A DNA stretch of 63,816 nt, filler included, from Cercozoa sp. M6MM (Eukaryota > Protista > Endomyxa: Ascetosporea), in the NCBI GenBank assembly GCA_040357565.1. It is 15 parts of 15 records of this genome, joined end to end, with 100 filler letters (N's around TTAATTAATTAA, not from the genome) between each part and the next. Parts side by side here need not be neighbours in the genome. Positions count along the whole stretch, not along the records: positions 1 to 5,750 come from JBDODJ010000855.1; positions 5,851 to 8,105 come from JBDODJ010001806.1; positions 8,206 to 11,039 come from JBDODJ010001690.1; positions 11,140 to 14,317 come from JBDODJ010001570.1; 11 more parts are not named here. One strand, given 5' to 3'. Each line of letters opens with the position of its first letter. Positions within the stretch are counted from its first letter, which is position 1. The notes beneath the pieces are model-generated. The model was given only the letters and a program-made list of their open reading frames with translations, was not told the DNA's origin and made no database searches. Of the stretch, positions 1-14,100 are shown piece by piece. Both the position numbers and the translations under genes were made by a program.

Positions 1-48
<48 letters not shown>

Positions 49-91
49 AGCAACCAAACAACACAACATGTGTCCTGGTGTTCCGTTGTAG

Positions 92-2457
92 TGCAAGCCG
101 TACGCTGCCATCGACGAGGTGACCTGCCGTCCCAAGGACGGTGACAACACTTGCGATGTGCACGCTGAGGTACAACAACTTAAAGCGAGTGCGCTTCTGA
201 GTCACCGCTGATGAGTGTGTGTGCCGTGACACGTGTAGATGTGCGACGGCACGTCGGCCGAGTGTCCCGTTGACTTGCGTGCACTCGCGGGTCAGTCGTG
301 CACCGACACCAAAGGTCGCGGAGGCAAGTGCTACGACGGTGTCTGCATCACACTGGACAGTACGACTCTCTCAGAGAGTTTAGTTCTTGGCTGCATATGT
401 GTCCTGTAGACGCCTGCGAGGCTGCTGATGGCAGTGGGTCGCGCTCGTGTGGCTTCACGTCGTGCAATGGTACACCACCACTTTGTTTTGACGTGTCTCG
501 GTCGAACATTTGCGATTAAAATTACTGCTTCGCAGCCGATCTGCAATGCAAGCCGTCGGCATTGGCACCTCCAACATCGTGTGCCGCTGTGCCTGTCAGC
601 ACCTCGGTACTTTCTGCCGCTCATTTGAAGTTTTAGTCGAGCAGACTGATGTCGCGGCTTTGTAGAGCGGATCAGGTGGCAACACACCGGTTCCGAATGG
701 CGCTGGTTGCAGTCTCGTGCCTTCAGATGTGTACCATCTCATTCATTTAACGTTGCTTGTGTGTGCTCTCCTCCTGTCAATTGACCATCGTGTTCTCATG
801 TTTTTTTGGGCAGGTGTGTGAACGGCATTTGCGCCAACGCGACCGCCGCGGCTGTTGCCAGGTACTTGCTCATGAATACCCAGATCTAAAAGTACTGTGC
901 TTGCCATGTTGCGTGTAGATGGGTGGCACACCCGTGGTCACCGTGCCCGGTGCAATGTGGCAGTGCGCAGCAGAACCGCACGGTCACGTGCCAACTGTGG
1001 GACGGTACACACACGCACACACGCACGCGCGCGCATTACGCATGGTTTCATGTTGTTGTGGCTGCGCAGGTACGGTCTTGAATGACTCGCACTGCAGCGG
1101 CAGTGACAAACCTAGCACGGATCGTCCTTGCGGTATTCATAGTCTCCCTCATACAAAAACGCTTGAGAATATGCTTGTGTGTATGTGACAGGCATGGGCT
1201 GCGACGCCTGTGACACGGAGGTGGTCAACGTGATGTGCGAAGCCACGGCAATGTGCGTGCCGTGCGATGTCATCGGTCTCGATCTCGTATGTGATACTAT
1301 GATCTCTGTGTGTTTGTGTCTGTGTCTGTGTATGTGTCATAACGTGCAGTACTCGTGTCACAACCCGGGCTACCGCTGCGTGTGCACTGACGGATACTAC
1401 GGCGACTACTGCCAACTGGCACCTTACTTTAGGTAACATGGGCACTCACACGATGCACGGAAACGACCTTTGACTCACTCGGAGTGTTTTCGTTTTGGTC
1501 TGTGCAGTGGACAGAAGGTCGGTGTCATCGACAACTCTGTTTTCAAGGAGGTGACGACGCTGCCCAAGGGCGCTGCCATGCAGCTCGAGTACACTCTTTC
1601 TTTGTATGTATCCTTTGGTTCCCTCCCGCCCTACGTGTCTCGTGATGACTGCAGGTGGACGTCGTTCGGCACGATGCGCACCGTGGCCCTGTGGCTTAAG
1701 CGCACCGATGACGACCTACACTGGCCGGTCTACATGTCTGACGGACCCGTGTCCAACGACCAGATCTCGAGTCGCCAGAATGTCTCCGATGCCACGCGTG
1801 CTACGCACACCTGGTGCGGCACACGCGCTTTACATCCCATCCTATACCCCGCTCCTCTACTCCCTGCCCCCTCGACCCCTCTGCACTCGTTTTTACTACG
1901 TATGTGTACCGCAGGAAAATCCCGGCGAACCTGCCTGTTGGCAAGTACCAACCACAGGTACTCTCATCTATATGTACCTCTGGGACATTGGCTTATTTTC
2001 GGTGCACCTAGGTGTCGTACTCGCCGCGTGCACAAACCGGTTACTTTGACACCGTGGAGGTATTGACTAGCATCCTCTCCCACTGTACAAGTGGTAGTCA
2101 ACAACGTGTGCACACAGATCACGTGCGACGATGCCGTCACCTGTGGCGGTCATGGCACCTGTGATACGTAAGTTCCTTTGTTTAAACAGGAGGTTAGGCC
2201 AGTGAGTTTGTGTACGCGTCTTGACTTGCAGCAACGGCATGTGTGTCTGCAACCCCGGCTTTAGCGGTCCTGACTGCAATCCCAAGTGAGTCCTCGCATA
2301 CCAACTTGTGCTCTTGTGACATCGTGCTCATCCGTCTGTGTTTGTGTGTGCTTTGTGCAGGTGCAGCACGCCTGGTTACTGTGGTGGACACGGCGTGTGT
2401 AACCAGGACTCTGGACAGTGCGTATGCTCCGATAACTGGACCGGTAGCCCTCTTTAT

Positions 2458-2509
<52 letters not shown>

Positions 2510-4589
2510 CGCGGGAGTGTGCTGACACAGGCGAAAGGTGCGGAACACCCCCGGCTAACTTGTCGTGTCCGGCCACTACCTGCAATGCCGGCGTGCTTGC
2601 GTACGCTAGATCCTTGTGTGCGCGCGCGTGTGTGTGTGGCATCTCACGCTTGCCGGTTGATGCAGCGACTGCGATGAAACTGGCGGCACGTGCGACTGCA
2701 CTTACGCCCGTGAGACCGCGGGTATCAGCAAGTATAGCCAGCCATGCATGTTTGAATACACAGATTTACATTAGGTTTCTTTGGCGGTGCCACCTGCAGC
2801 AAGTGTCAGCTTAGCTGCGGCAACGGCGGCTCACTGCCCGAAGGTCCGTTTGTGTTTGTTGACTGTTCGCTCCATCCACACCGTTAATTTAATATAACTG
2901 TGCGTCAACACAACGCAGGCACGTGCAAGCAGTGCAGATGCACTCACGAGCACTGGACCGGCCCCGAGTGCCGTCGCAGGGGTGCGTTGACACCGTTCCT
3001 ATGCCAGGCTTGTTGTTTACTTTGCGCTGTGTTCAAAGAGTACCACATGGAACTGGCCATCAAGGAAGCCAACTTTGATCGAACCCAGGGTTGGCTTCCC
3101 CGTGCAACACTCTCTCAACTGTGGCACTGATTCTTTTATACAGGCGTATACGCCGACACCTTTGTTCCGGCTCTCAAGGTACCTTTGCAATCAATGCAAT
3201 GCAGTGCTCGTTTATCTGCTATGTTTCACTTGTGACACAGGTCGATGTGATGACCATGCTGAGAACAGCGATTTCTGGCGTGTTCCGCGACCAGGTACAT
3301 TTACTTGTGAGTGCTCTATGCCGCATATGTGCTGATGCGAATGGATTCAAAAAGGCTGCCGAACACGTGCGCTATTTGGACGCATCGAACCACGCCAGTC
3401 GCATCATTGTGCGCCTGCGTCTCGTACCGGACACTCAGCTTAGAGTCATGTCATTTTCTATGACGATGCCATGTCATGCAGGCGACCTTCTACTCGGACA
3501 GCACACCTGAACCTGCGGCACAGTTCGCAGGTATTTCCCATCTTGTGTTTTACTAGAGCCCGTACTACGAGCCCGTTGTGTGTCCACTCTGAACAGCCTG
3601 GAAGTCGTCGATCAACAGCTCTGTGTCAGACCCAAATTCAAAGGTGCCGCCACTCTGGACTGGTTCTACCACAGGGAGGCTTCATACTGTTTTTGTAACC
3701 TGTTATAGATCTTCCGTGGCGCCGTGATTCGTCACCTCGACACTTCCATGGTACGACTGCTGACTGACTGAGAAGGAAAGAATATAGTGCGGAATGGTTT
3801 GTTACACAGAACGATGAGAGTCGCGGCTTTGAGAACGGCGTGCGCTGGTGTGATCCCGCGACTACGAACTGCGAGCTCGGTGCAGCTTCTTGCCTCACTC
3901 TCTCCCATCGTGTCATTTGATTGTACTGACGGCATGTTTTGGTAGACTGGCCGGACGAGACAATGCTGGACAAGATTCTCCTCTACGGCGGCATTGCACT
4001 CTCAGGTACCTCCTCTTTCCTGTTTCACTTTGTTTTGTGTCGTGTGTACGTGTGTGTTTGGGTGCACAAAGTGTGCGTTGTGGCTGCGGCATTGTACTGC
4101 TGCTTCTGCATGAATCGACGTCAGGTATGATTTCCTGTGTTTGTGTGTATGTGTGTATGTGTGTATGTGTGTTTGTGTGTTTGTCTTTGTAGAAACGCCT
4201 GGAGCGCGTGGCTCGCGCGAACCGGCAGCAGGAGACTGCAACGCGTGCTTTGCAACGTTCCCTGTCTGGTACAGTGCCTATGTCTGTGTGTCTGTGTTCG
4301 TGTGTGTTTTCTTGTTGGCTTGCTAACTTGATTTGAAAGTAACCTGTGCTGTGCAGACAAGAACGCTGGACAGGGCGGTGTGCAAATGTCGAGTGTCTCC
4401 CAGTCGTCGGCCAGTCCGCGAGCACACGCACCCCGCCAATCCAGACGCTCGCAGCGAGAACAGGTATACTTGCGCTTGTTGCAGTTTTCCGGCTGTTCTA
4501 CACGGGCACGATAACTTGACTTGAGCTAGCCCGCGATGGTGATCGCCGAGGACGACCCATCTCTCAAGGAGCGCCGCATCTCGCTTTGA
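92..4589 (+). CDS. Multi-exon ADAM/ADAMTS-like membrane protein, 5'-partial (disintegrin-like, TSP1, several EGF-like domains, TM, cytoplasmic tail)
   Basis: Spliced translation gives [27 protein letters not shown]...GKCYDGVC (disintegrin/Cys-rich), [21 protein letters not shown] (TSP1), [25 protein letters not shown] (EGF), hydrophobic [23 protein letters not shown], and a probable stop TGA at 4587-4589. Confidence 0.75.
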
Positions 4590-4917
4590 TTTGCAGTTTG
4601 TTAACGCCGGCCTGATTGTTCCATTCATCCGATCCGATCTATCTGCGCTGGGATCCATCAACGCATTTTTTACAGCGTGGACTCGACTCTGTATCCGCGC
4701 GCGCGGAGGCCTAAAGTTACAAAAACCTCAAGAGAGGTCGCTCTGTGGAATTGCTTCAATGATAGTAGACCAACTGGCCGATCTGGGCTCATCCCCGCAG
4801 TAACAGTAGAGCGGAGACTGCATAATCTGAGTCGCTGGCAGTCTGTATGCAACACTTCAGTTACTGTGCGACGGACGCAACAGCCAACAGTCACACGGCA
4901 CGGGCAGACGAGTCGAG

Positions 4918-5048
4918 TTACAGTAGTTTGTATTCAACGCAACGCAAGAACTTCCGTTCCGTGCTGCCTTCCGTCGCGTCGGGCAGGAGGTAGATGGAGA
5001 CGAGGAACCGGAGACTAGGCACTCACCTGCGTTGTCGTTGGTGACTAC

Positions 5049-5143
<95 letters not shown>

Positions 5144-5705
5144 TGCACGGCACAAGGAAGGCAAGGCCAGGCAAGTCGACGTACCACGTTGCTGTTGCCG
5201 GGGGTCTCCTGCTGCAGGAAGTCCAGCAGCAGCATGTAGTTCAGCGACTGCAGGGCACACTCGCCCACTTCACACAACCACACGGTGCAGGGGGGGGGGG
5301 GGGGGGTAATATATTAAGAGGCAGAGGCTACCCGAAGTATCGCGAATACGTCGCAGCAGACGCACGCATCTTTGTCGAACTGTGCACGCACACACACAGA
5401 CTCCCTCTTAAGAAAACAACAACAACAAACAACAACGAAAAACAAAAACAACAAACAACAACGAAAAACAACAACAACAAACAACAACGAAAAACAACAA
5501 CAACAAACAACAACAAAAATAGAGGCACCAGTGTCATCGGCACAGAGCACACCCGACGCGATCGGTGCGATGCCGCCTATTTTTACCTCCTTACCCCTAC
5601 CTTACCCCCCTCCCCATCCCAAGGACTACCAGTGAGAGGCGACAGGAAACGCAAAAGTTGCGCCACGTGCTGCGGCGACACCACCACGTCGTCCAGCATC
5701 TGCAC
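4918..5705 (-). CDS. 3' part of hypothetical protein
   Basis: GC-rich exon blocks (MLDDVVVSPQHVAQLLRFLSP; LQSLNYMLLLDFLQQE) separated by GT-AG microsatellite introns; boundaries approximate. Confidence 0.45.
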
Positions 5706-5750
5706 ACACGTACACTGGGGGGTAAAGGGGGCAGGGGCAGGGGGGGGGGG

Positions 5751-5850
5751 NNNNNNNNNNNNNNNNNNNNNNNNNNNNNNNNNNNNNNNNNNNNTTAATT
5801 AATTAANNNNNNNNNNNNNNNNNNNNNNNNNNNNNNNNNNNNNNNNNNNN
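5751..5850. other. Artificial contig-joining linker N44-TTAATTAATTAA-N44 (first of 14; others start at 8106, 11040, 14318, 17984, 20931, 23606, 28430, 34950, 39504, 44525, 51431, 55543, 59040)
   Basis: Identical 100-nt spacer with stops in all six frames, repeated 14 times. Confidence 0.97.
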
Positions 5851-5879
5851 CCCCCTGGGGGGGGGGGGTAGGCTGGTAC

Positions 5880-8092
5880 CCTGACTCATCCGACGTCGTG
5901 TCGGCGCTACACAGACACAGGAGAGGGGTAAAGGTAAAGGTGTGTGTGGGGGGGGGGTTAAAGCGTTACGCGTCGCTGGCGATGCGCGTAGCCCGGAAAC
6001 TGCCGTCCCAGTGCTGCGCCTGTCCAGTACAGTACAGTCCAGTCCAGTCCAGTCCAATCCAGTCCAGTCCAGTTTATGACAGACACCGTCCATATAGACA
6101 CAGCCCAGTAGATCCCTCAGTACCGAGATGGCCACACCATGGTTACTCACAGCGAACGGTCTCGCCTACAGGGGGGGCGGGGCGGGGAACGGTCAGGGGG
6201 CGGATGGGGGTAAACTACCAGCGGCGACACGCGTCGCGAAAAGTACACGCCGAGACGCGGTCGCCGCGGCATGGCCAGCACGTCCTCCTCGAACACTGCA
6301 CACAGTATAGCCACAGTAGTAGCCGGTATAGCCAGTAGTTAGTATAGCCAATAGTAGCCAGTATAGCCAGTAGTTAGGATACAGACGGGCCTACCAAAGG
6401 TACGCATCGGTGCGTCCTCCTGTGCCACCACGGCGTCCAGTCCGTCGTCGCTCTCGTCTGTACTGCGCTGTCGGAACAGGTGCGACGACACCACGCGGTC
6501 CTGCTTGAGGGGGGGAGGGGTAAGGGAAGGTAGGGACTAAGAGAGGTAGGGGTAAGGAAGATAGGGCAAGAAGGGGCGGGTACAGCAGCGATAGTAACGA
6601 CACTGCCGGACAGGTGTGTCACACACAGCACCGGGTTGTGCAGGTGTCGTCCGCGCGGATCCACACCTATACCGAGTGTACCCATATCCACCTGTCATAC
6701 ACCTGTCCAAATGGACGAAGAGAGTGAGAGAGACTACCGTGTCGTGTCACGTGCCGCATCAACTGGCATGACATGTGCCGCCTATGGGGGGGGGGTAAGT
6801 AGGTAGGCGTGTGTGGGGAGGAGGAAAGTCTACCGCAGCAGCGTGCAATCAGCCTCGGAAGGAGCGCCGATATCGCCCTCGTCCTGTTCCTACATCGAGA
6901 CAAACAGACAGTCCGTCCATTTGGACCAACCAGTGGGCCCCAGTTTTTGTTTACCGGCTCGTATACGTTGGACAGTGCATGCGCCGTGCCAGGTCTGCAG
7001 GCAGGGGGGTAAGATAACAGGAGAGATAGGGGTGAAGGGGGGTAAGGAACTACAGCGCCAGCGACAGCAGCGGCATGACGCGACTCGCCAAAACGCGTCG
7101 CAGCGAGTGCCGTGGCGCGTGTGCTTCGTGGAACAGTCGGCGCGGACACTGGCCAAAGTTGTCCACCTGCGGGCGGGGGGGGGGGGGTAAACAGGGGTGG
7201 GGGGTAAAGAGACTTCAAGGAATGCACCTGCGCCAGAAGAGCGTTGCGCCGCAGCTGCTTCATCGGGTCCTCGCTCTGTCCAGGGGGGGGGGGGGTAAGG
7301 GATAAATGCAAGGGGGGAAGTAAAACTGTAAACCTCATTAGACTCCTCGACGTACAGTCCCTACACAAGGAGGGGCAGGGGTAGGGGTAGGGGTAGGGAT
7401 AGGGGTAAAGGGAGAGACTACGATCTGCTGCAGTGCCTGCTGCACGTGCGACTCGTAGGTCAGGTGGTGGAACACGTTGCACGCCTCCTCGGCACGTGGT
7501 CCACTCTGTCCTCAGTGTGTAGGGGGTAAGGGGGGGTCAACGACCAAGGGATAAAGCTGCACCTGTCGATCGCCAAACACGAGATCGATCCAGTGGTGCA
7601 GTGTGGCACTCACATGCTGCACAGACACACATACACATACACAGACCCACAAACCGTCACACTGATTGATCGATCACTCAGCCATCACCTAGCGATCATT
7701 GATCGATCAACAGCGATCAATGAGTGGTCACTCTGTACCTCGCTCTCCATAGCCAGTCGCTGCACGCGTACGAAGTGCTCCGCCGAGTGCGCCCACCTTC
7801 GGGAGGGGGTAAGGGGTAAGGGGTAAGGGTGGGGGGCCCCAGGCGCGGGGGCTCAAGGGGGGGGGGGCCAAAAACTACGGCGGCAGCGCCACGTCGTGAT
7901 CGGCCTTTTCGGCGTGCAGTTTGAGTCCTTAAGAAAACAAGGACACAGTGGTCCAAATGGACAGCGACAGGGACATGGTGGTTCGGTCCAAACGGACGGG
8001 GGTACCAGGATTCGTGCAGCGCAGAAACGCCGGCAGCGAGAAGAACTCCGGCACGAGTTCCTTGCTGTCCGCCGCGTTGTGCAGCACGCCCT
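5880..8092 (-). CDS. BEACH-domain protein, internal fragment
   Basis: Spliced KELVPEFFSLPAFL...DVALPPWAHSAEHFVRVQRLAMESE..VSATLHHWIDLVFG...AEEACNVFHHLTYE...FGQCPRRLF, which are the BEACH motifs. Confidence 0.9.
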
Positions 8093-8304
8093 GGGGAAGG
8101 GGGGGNNNNNNNNNNNNNNNNNNNNNNNNNNNNNNNNNNNNNNNNNNNNTTAATTAATTAANNNNNNNNNNNNNNNNNNNNNNNNNNNNNNNNNNNNNNN
8201 NNNNNGTGTCTGTGTCTGTGTCTGTGTCTGTGTCTGTGTCTGTGTCTGTGTCCGTGTGTGTATCTGTGCATATACCCGTAAACCTGAGTTTATCGCCTTG
8301 CAGC

Positions 8305-10991
8305 TGCGACACCGACTGCCGGAGAAGATCAAGAAGGTGCTCGTTGTTGACTGGGACGTCCACCATGGCAATGGGTACACTGACCATGTAAGGTGTACAT
8401 AGAGAGATGCGCATTCGTTGTAGCACGGAGCAGATCTTCTACGAGAGAGATGACGTCATGGTGTTTAGCGTGCATCGCTACGACCAGGGCATGTACTACC
8501 CGCGCAGCGGCCGGATCGACCGGACCGGCGCCTCCCTTGGCCAGGGCTTCAACGCCAACGTGCCGCTCAATGGCGTGCTTGGCGACAGTGACTACGTGCG
8601 CATTTGGACGCGCGTGCTGCTGCCACTTGTGCTGGATTACGAGCCCGACTTTGTGCTCATCTCGGCCGGCTTTGACTCGGCGCACAATGACTTTGGCGGC
8701 ATGCAGGTGCGTCCATGCACGTTCCACCGACTGACGCGCATGCTGATGGAGGCACTGCCGCACGGACGTGTCGTTGCTGTGCTCGAGGGTGGCTACGTTC
8801 CCGAAGTTGTCGCCGACTGTGCTTGCGACGTCGTTCGTGCTCTGTGTGGCCTTCCCTCTGCCGTATCCTCGCTGTCTACCTTCTCTAGCGCTTTGCTCTT
8901 ATCTTTCCTACTGGCAGGATGAGACCGAGGAGCCGAAACTTCCCGGAAACCGGCGCGGCGTGCTACTGCGTCGGCTCAGCTCACTGGCGCTCAAGCAGCA
9001 CGTGCTGCCCGAGCTGGTGCAGTTGCTGTGCGAGTCGAGACTCGCTGGCTCCGGCGATACTTGGCCGTTGCTGTCGCTGCCGGTGTCGGAACGCATCGCC
9101 AGGGTCAAGGAGGCTCTTGTCAAAGGCAAGGCGCGTGTGCTGTCGTTGGTACCTCGTACTAGAAGTTGGGAGAGCTTTGTTATTTTGCTTCCCTATTCAC
9201 CTGCCTGTTTCTGCGCAGGAAAGTGCGACCGCAGTGGAGCAGGAGCAGGAACGACTGCAGGTGGCGCAGCAGCACCAGTCGCGACTCACGGCCTTCTTTG
9301 GTGCCGATCTCGGCGATGAGGATGAGGACGAGGAGGATGACGAGGACTTTGACGTCAATGCGGCCGATGACGAGGCCGTCGCTATGAAGGAGGAGCAGAG
9401 CGATGCTTCGCCTGTGGACGAGATTAGCGACACGGCGTCGCTGGACCCGTACGTCAACGACGACCTTGAGCAAGTCGAGCAGCTGCTTCGTGCGCCCGAG
9501 ACCGATGGCTTCTTTGGCTCGTTCGATGCGGACACCACTGTTGAGGTGTGTGTGCGTGTGTCTGTGTCTGTGTCTGTGTCTGTGTCTGTGTCTGTGTGTG
9601 GCTCACATGTGCCGTGGCCGTGCACAGGATGTCACGCGTCGCGTGGCCAATGGGTGCCTCTCGCTCACGAACGTGCAGGTGGCTGCTCGGCTTGGCGCCG
9701 TGCCGGTGCGTGTGCTCGATGCCGTCATGCAGGCGCGCATTGCATGCTTATGTAAAGCTTTTCTCTTTCTTACCTCCCATATCCTTCTTTTAAAAAAACT
9801 CTCGTTTTGCGTGCACAGTGGAAAAGGTAGTGCGAGCCATGAATGCGATGGAGGGTAACAGCGTGGAGGAGGAAGCTGAGGCTGCTTCTGAGACTGACGT
9901 GTCTGTGCTCAAGCAAGAGACAGCGCAGCAGTCGGCAGAGAGCGTTCACATTGTGCGTGGTGCGATTGGTTATGAGCAGGTAGCTTTCTCCAATTCTCTC
10001 AGAATTATATCTGTATGCTTACACGTGTACCTTACAGGCAGCGGACGGGAGGAACGATGCGATGGACGACGAGGACGGCGGCGACGACGACGACGACAAG
10101 GACGGCGACGACGACAAGGACGGCGGCGACGACAAGGACGGCGACGACGACGACAAGGACGGCGGCGACGACAAGGACGGCGACGACGACGACAAGGACG
10201 GCGACAACGGCGTGATGGAGCACGAGAACGACGACAACACGACGGACACGCAGCAATCAGAACAGGAGCAACAGGACGCTGTCTCTGGCGTGGCCGGTAC
10301 CGACGTGGACGCCGAGGACAGCGCGGTGCAGCCGCCGGCTAAGCGGAGGCGCACCGAGACCGGCATGGTGCACTCGCACTCCAGTGATGCCGACTTGCTG
10401 CCGGAACGCAAGCACATAGTGGCCGAAGTTGTCGATAGCAGCGATGACGACAACGAAAACGATGTGCATGAGGGACGGAAAACCGTCAGTGCCAGTGTCA
10501 GTGCCAGTGCTAGTGCGGGCGTTCTGGGCGACTCTGGTGATGTTGCTACGTCCTACAGCATAGAGTCGCAGGAGGACGAGAACGAGGCTGTGCGGCACCA
10601 AGGCGCCGCCCTCTTCGCCGAGTTGCTGCCGCTCTGCGCCAAGTGGCCGCTGCCGACCGGCACCTTCTACGTCGTGCGAGGCACGCGCTCGCCTCTCGCG
10701 CTCGACGCTGCTAGCATGCGACGCTACGCTGACTTGCTTTGCACCATTCGGTACCTGTGTTGTTGTGCTTATGTCTGTGTCTGTGTAACTGTGTCTGTGT
10801 CTGTGTCTGTGTCTGTGTCTGTGTTGCTCATACAATCCACATGCAGAGCGACGATGTCACACGACTTGTACGCATGTTTTGCTGCCGTTCAGCAAGCGCT
10901 GGAACTGGCGGATACGGAGTTGCCTTTGCACGAGTTGTACTGGGCGCTTCTGCAACTTGTGCCTCTCACACGCAAACTTGAGGTCGCCTAG
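8305..10991 (+). CDS. Class II histone deacetylase with long acidic C-terminal extension, 5'-partial
   Basis: VLVVDWDVHHGNG/TEQIFY, FSVHRY, NVPL, PDFVLISAGFDSA, VLEGGY motifs; stop TAG at 10989-10991. Confidence 0.9.
10062..10210 (+). repeat. Coding minisatellite GAC/AAG/GGC encoding (G)D2-5KDG x6
   Basis: gacgacaaggacggc repeated in frame within an HDAC exon. Confidence 0.9.
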
Positions 10992-11155
10992 ATTCAAAAT
11001 GGAGGACAGACTTACGTTCCTTACGTTAGTTTTTTTTTTNNNNNNNNNNNNNNNNNNNNNNNNNNNNNNNNNNNNNNNNNNNNTTAATTAATTAANNNNN
11101 NNNNNNNNNNNNNNNNNNNNNNNNNNNNNNNNNNNNNNNCCCCCCCCCCCGGCAG

Positions 11156-14100
11156 GGAGGACGACTGGGCCTTTGACGTGACCTACGAGCGCGCGCCGTT
11201 CTCGATCACAGTGACGCGCAAGGTCGACAACGAAGTGGTAGGTTGCGGTTTTACCCCCCCTCCTTACCCCCTATACTTCTATACCCTTTACCCCCGATGT
11301 GTGTTTGGACAGGTATTCAGCACCAAGAACGACTTTGGCGTTGTGATGCAAGAGCAGTACCTCGAACTGACCACGAGTAGTCTTTGACTTAGCCCCTCCC
11401 CCTTTGCTCCCCTATGTACCCTTATTCTTTCGTAGATGTGGCCGACAAGCCTGCCATCTACGGTCTGCCTGGTACGTGCATTTACCCCCCACCCCCTTTA
11501 ACCCACCCTTCCCTCAGAGCACATCGCGCCCTTCAAGCTGTCCGAGCGACACACGTACCCCCCTACCTACCTCCCTACCTCCCTACCTACCTCCCTACCT
11601 ACCTACCTACCTACCTACCTACCTACCTACCTACCTACCTACCTACCTACCTACCTACCTACCTACCTCCCTACCTACCTCCTACCTACCTACCTACCCA
11701 CCTACCTCCCAACCTATCTAGGTACTCGATGTGGGCGATGGACAACCCGACGCCACCGGACCAGAACCTGTACAGCACGGGCCCGGTGCTGTACGAGCTG
11801 CGGCACACGCAGCGCCGCGGCCGCGCGCACGCGACCTACCTGCGCAACGTCAACGGCGTCGAGGTGGCCACGTCGCCCGGTCTCGTGCAGTGGCGCGCCA
11901 TCGGCGGCGTCGTACTGCACCCCCTTAACCACATCCTATCCCTTAACCACCTTAATTATGTCTCTTATTTATGCCTCTTAACTATGAGTCTTAACTATGT
12001 CTCTTAATTATGTCTCTTAATTATGTCTCTTAATTATGTCTCTTAACTCTGTCTCTTGATTATGTTTCCCGCTCTGTAGTTGGACTTTATCGTGGCCGTT
12101 GGCGACTCGCCCGCGTATGCTGCTCTCGTGGAGGTGGGGGAGGAGGTAAGATGGGGGGTATAACTGTGCAGCTCAGTGACGCGCCAGCTGCAGTCGGTGT
12201 TCGGTCGACCGACGATGCCGCCGCTGTGGTCGCTCGGCTTCCAGGTACTACTTTCTGGGGGGGGGGGTCAAGCGGGGGTAAGGAGTAAACTACGCACACT
12301 GTGCACAGGTGTGCCGCTACGGCTTCAAGAACCTCGAGGAGGTACAGGACGTCGTGGACAACATGCGTCGCCACGAGCTCCCGTACTCCGTGTGCTCCCT
12401 CCCCCTCGGCTTTACCCCCTACCCTGTCGGGCAGGTTCGACGTGGCGTACTTTGACATTGACTACATGCACAAGAAGGAGGTGTTCACGTTCGATGAGAA
12501 CACCTTCCCGGAGCAGCGCACGCTGGACTGGGTGCAACGCGACCTGCACCAGGGCGGCCAGCGACTCGTCGTCATTCTCGACCCTGTACCACCAACTCCC
12601 TTGTGTGTGTCTCAGACGTACTGGACTGTACCGCAAACAACCGTGTGGGCCTATCGGACAGGGTCTGCACAACCGCACGGGATACGCCAGTTTCGACCGC
12701 GGCTTTGAGAACGATCTGTAGTTCTCTCTCCAAGTGAGGGAGAGGGGTAAGTAAATAACAATGTGTCGGCAGGTTCATCAAGAGCGCCCACCGCAGCAGC
12801 GACGACGGTCGCGGCAACTTTATTGGCACGGTGCGTGATCACTCAGTCAAGCCTTTGAGCGATCAATCGACAATGATCTCTTTTGTGGGCAGGTGTGGCC
12901 CGGTTTTGCCGTGTTCCCGGACTGGTCGTCGCCGGTAGCACCTCTTGTTGCTCCCATTGTGTATTCCTGTGTTCTTGCATGCGTGTGCACTCTAATAGGA
13001 TGCTCGTGCCTTCTGGGAGGAGGAAATCGCCGATTTCGTGCCGCGAGCCGATATTGACGGTTTGATTTTCTTTTCGCCAAACCGTCAGTTTTACTTTTTC
13101 TTGAGCAGGCCTGTGGATCGACATGAATGAGGCCGCTAACTTCTGCAACGGCGAGTGTGATGTGGTATCGAACACCCCAGCCTGTGTGTCTGATGGGTGT
13201 GCTAACTGACCACTGGTCTGGGCAGAACTACCCGCCTCCGGTGCCGCCAGATTCCGAGATTGCCGAAGCCACCGAGTAACCCGACCTCACCTGACTGCAG
13301 GACTGTATCCATGTGCGTGTGTGGCCATGTAGGCCGGCTGCTGAGGTGTTGAAGTCCAACTGGAAGGACTCGTGGTCGCCGCGTCTGCAGCGGTATCTTA
13401 ACAAAAAATAATCGAAGATATAAATCGCTGGGGTGGGACTGCTGGATGAGTGCTGACGATTGTAAGTTACGTGTAGTGCCTCGGACTTTGACCCGAACTC
13501 GCCCAAGTTCCCGCTCCTGGTATTTTTGCTGTGCTTTAGTTTTCTGTAACCCCACTGTGGTCGCTTTGATCGTCTGTGTGGTCATCTCTGTTGATCATCT
13601 GCCTTTGCACCAACAGAATGCCGGTTCGCGCAGCCGCAAGCTGCAGTACAAGAACAGTACGTTGTTTGAAGAGTCATGTTTGTGTGTGGACTCACTGATA
13701 TGATCGATGTTTTGCTGTGTGTAGTCGCTATGGACGTGCGCTACAGCAGCGGCGACAGTAGGCTTCTCATCTGGAAGGGGGGGGGGGGGGGGCCACAAAT
13801 GAGATAAATGGGGTCTAACATCAATGTGTGCGTAGTCGAGTACGACATGCACAACATGTTCGGTCACCTGGAGGGCATCTCGACCCACGAGGCGCTCAAG
13901 AAGACGCGCAAGGAGCGTCCCTTCGTCGTGTCGCGTTCCACTGTACTTTTTGCCCCTTTTTGCCACCCCCTTCCACCCTACCCTTTACCCCTTGATCCCC
14001 CCAACCTCGGTACCTGTACCCTTACCCCTCCCTTACCCCTCTCTTTTCCCGTCCCCCAGATCCCAGGCAGCGGTCGCTTCGTGGCGCACTGGCTCGGCGA

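Noticed and set aside
2243-5283. Many ORF-track CVCVCV/HTHTHT proteins
   Set aside because: Translations of intronic (GT)n microsatellites
10062-10210. FLAG-tag or vector contamination (DDDDK)
   Set aside because: No DYK; natural GAC-based minisatellite embedded in an exon
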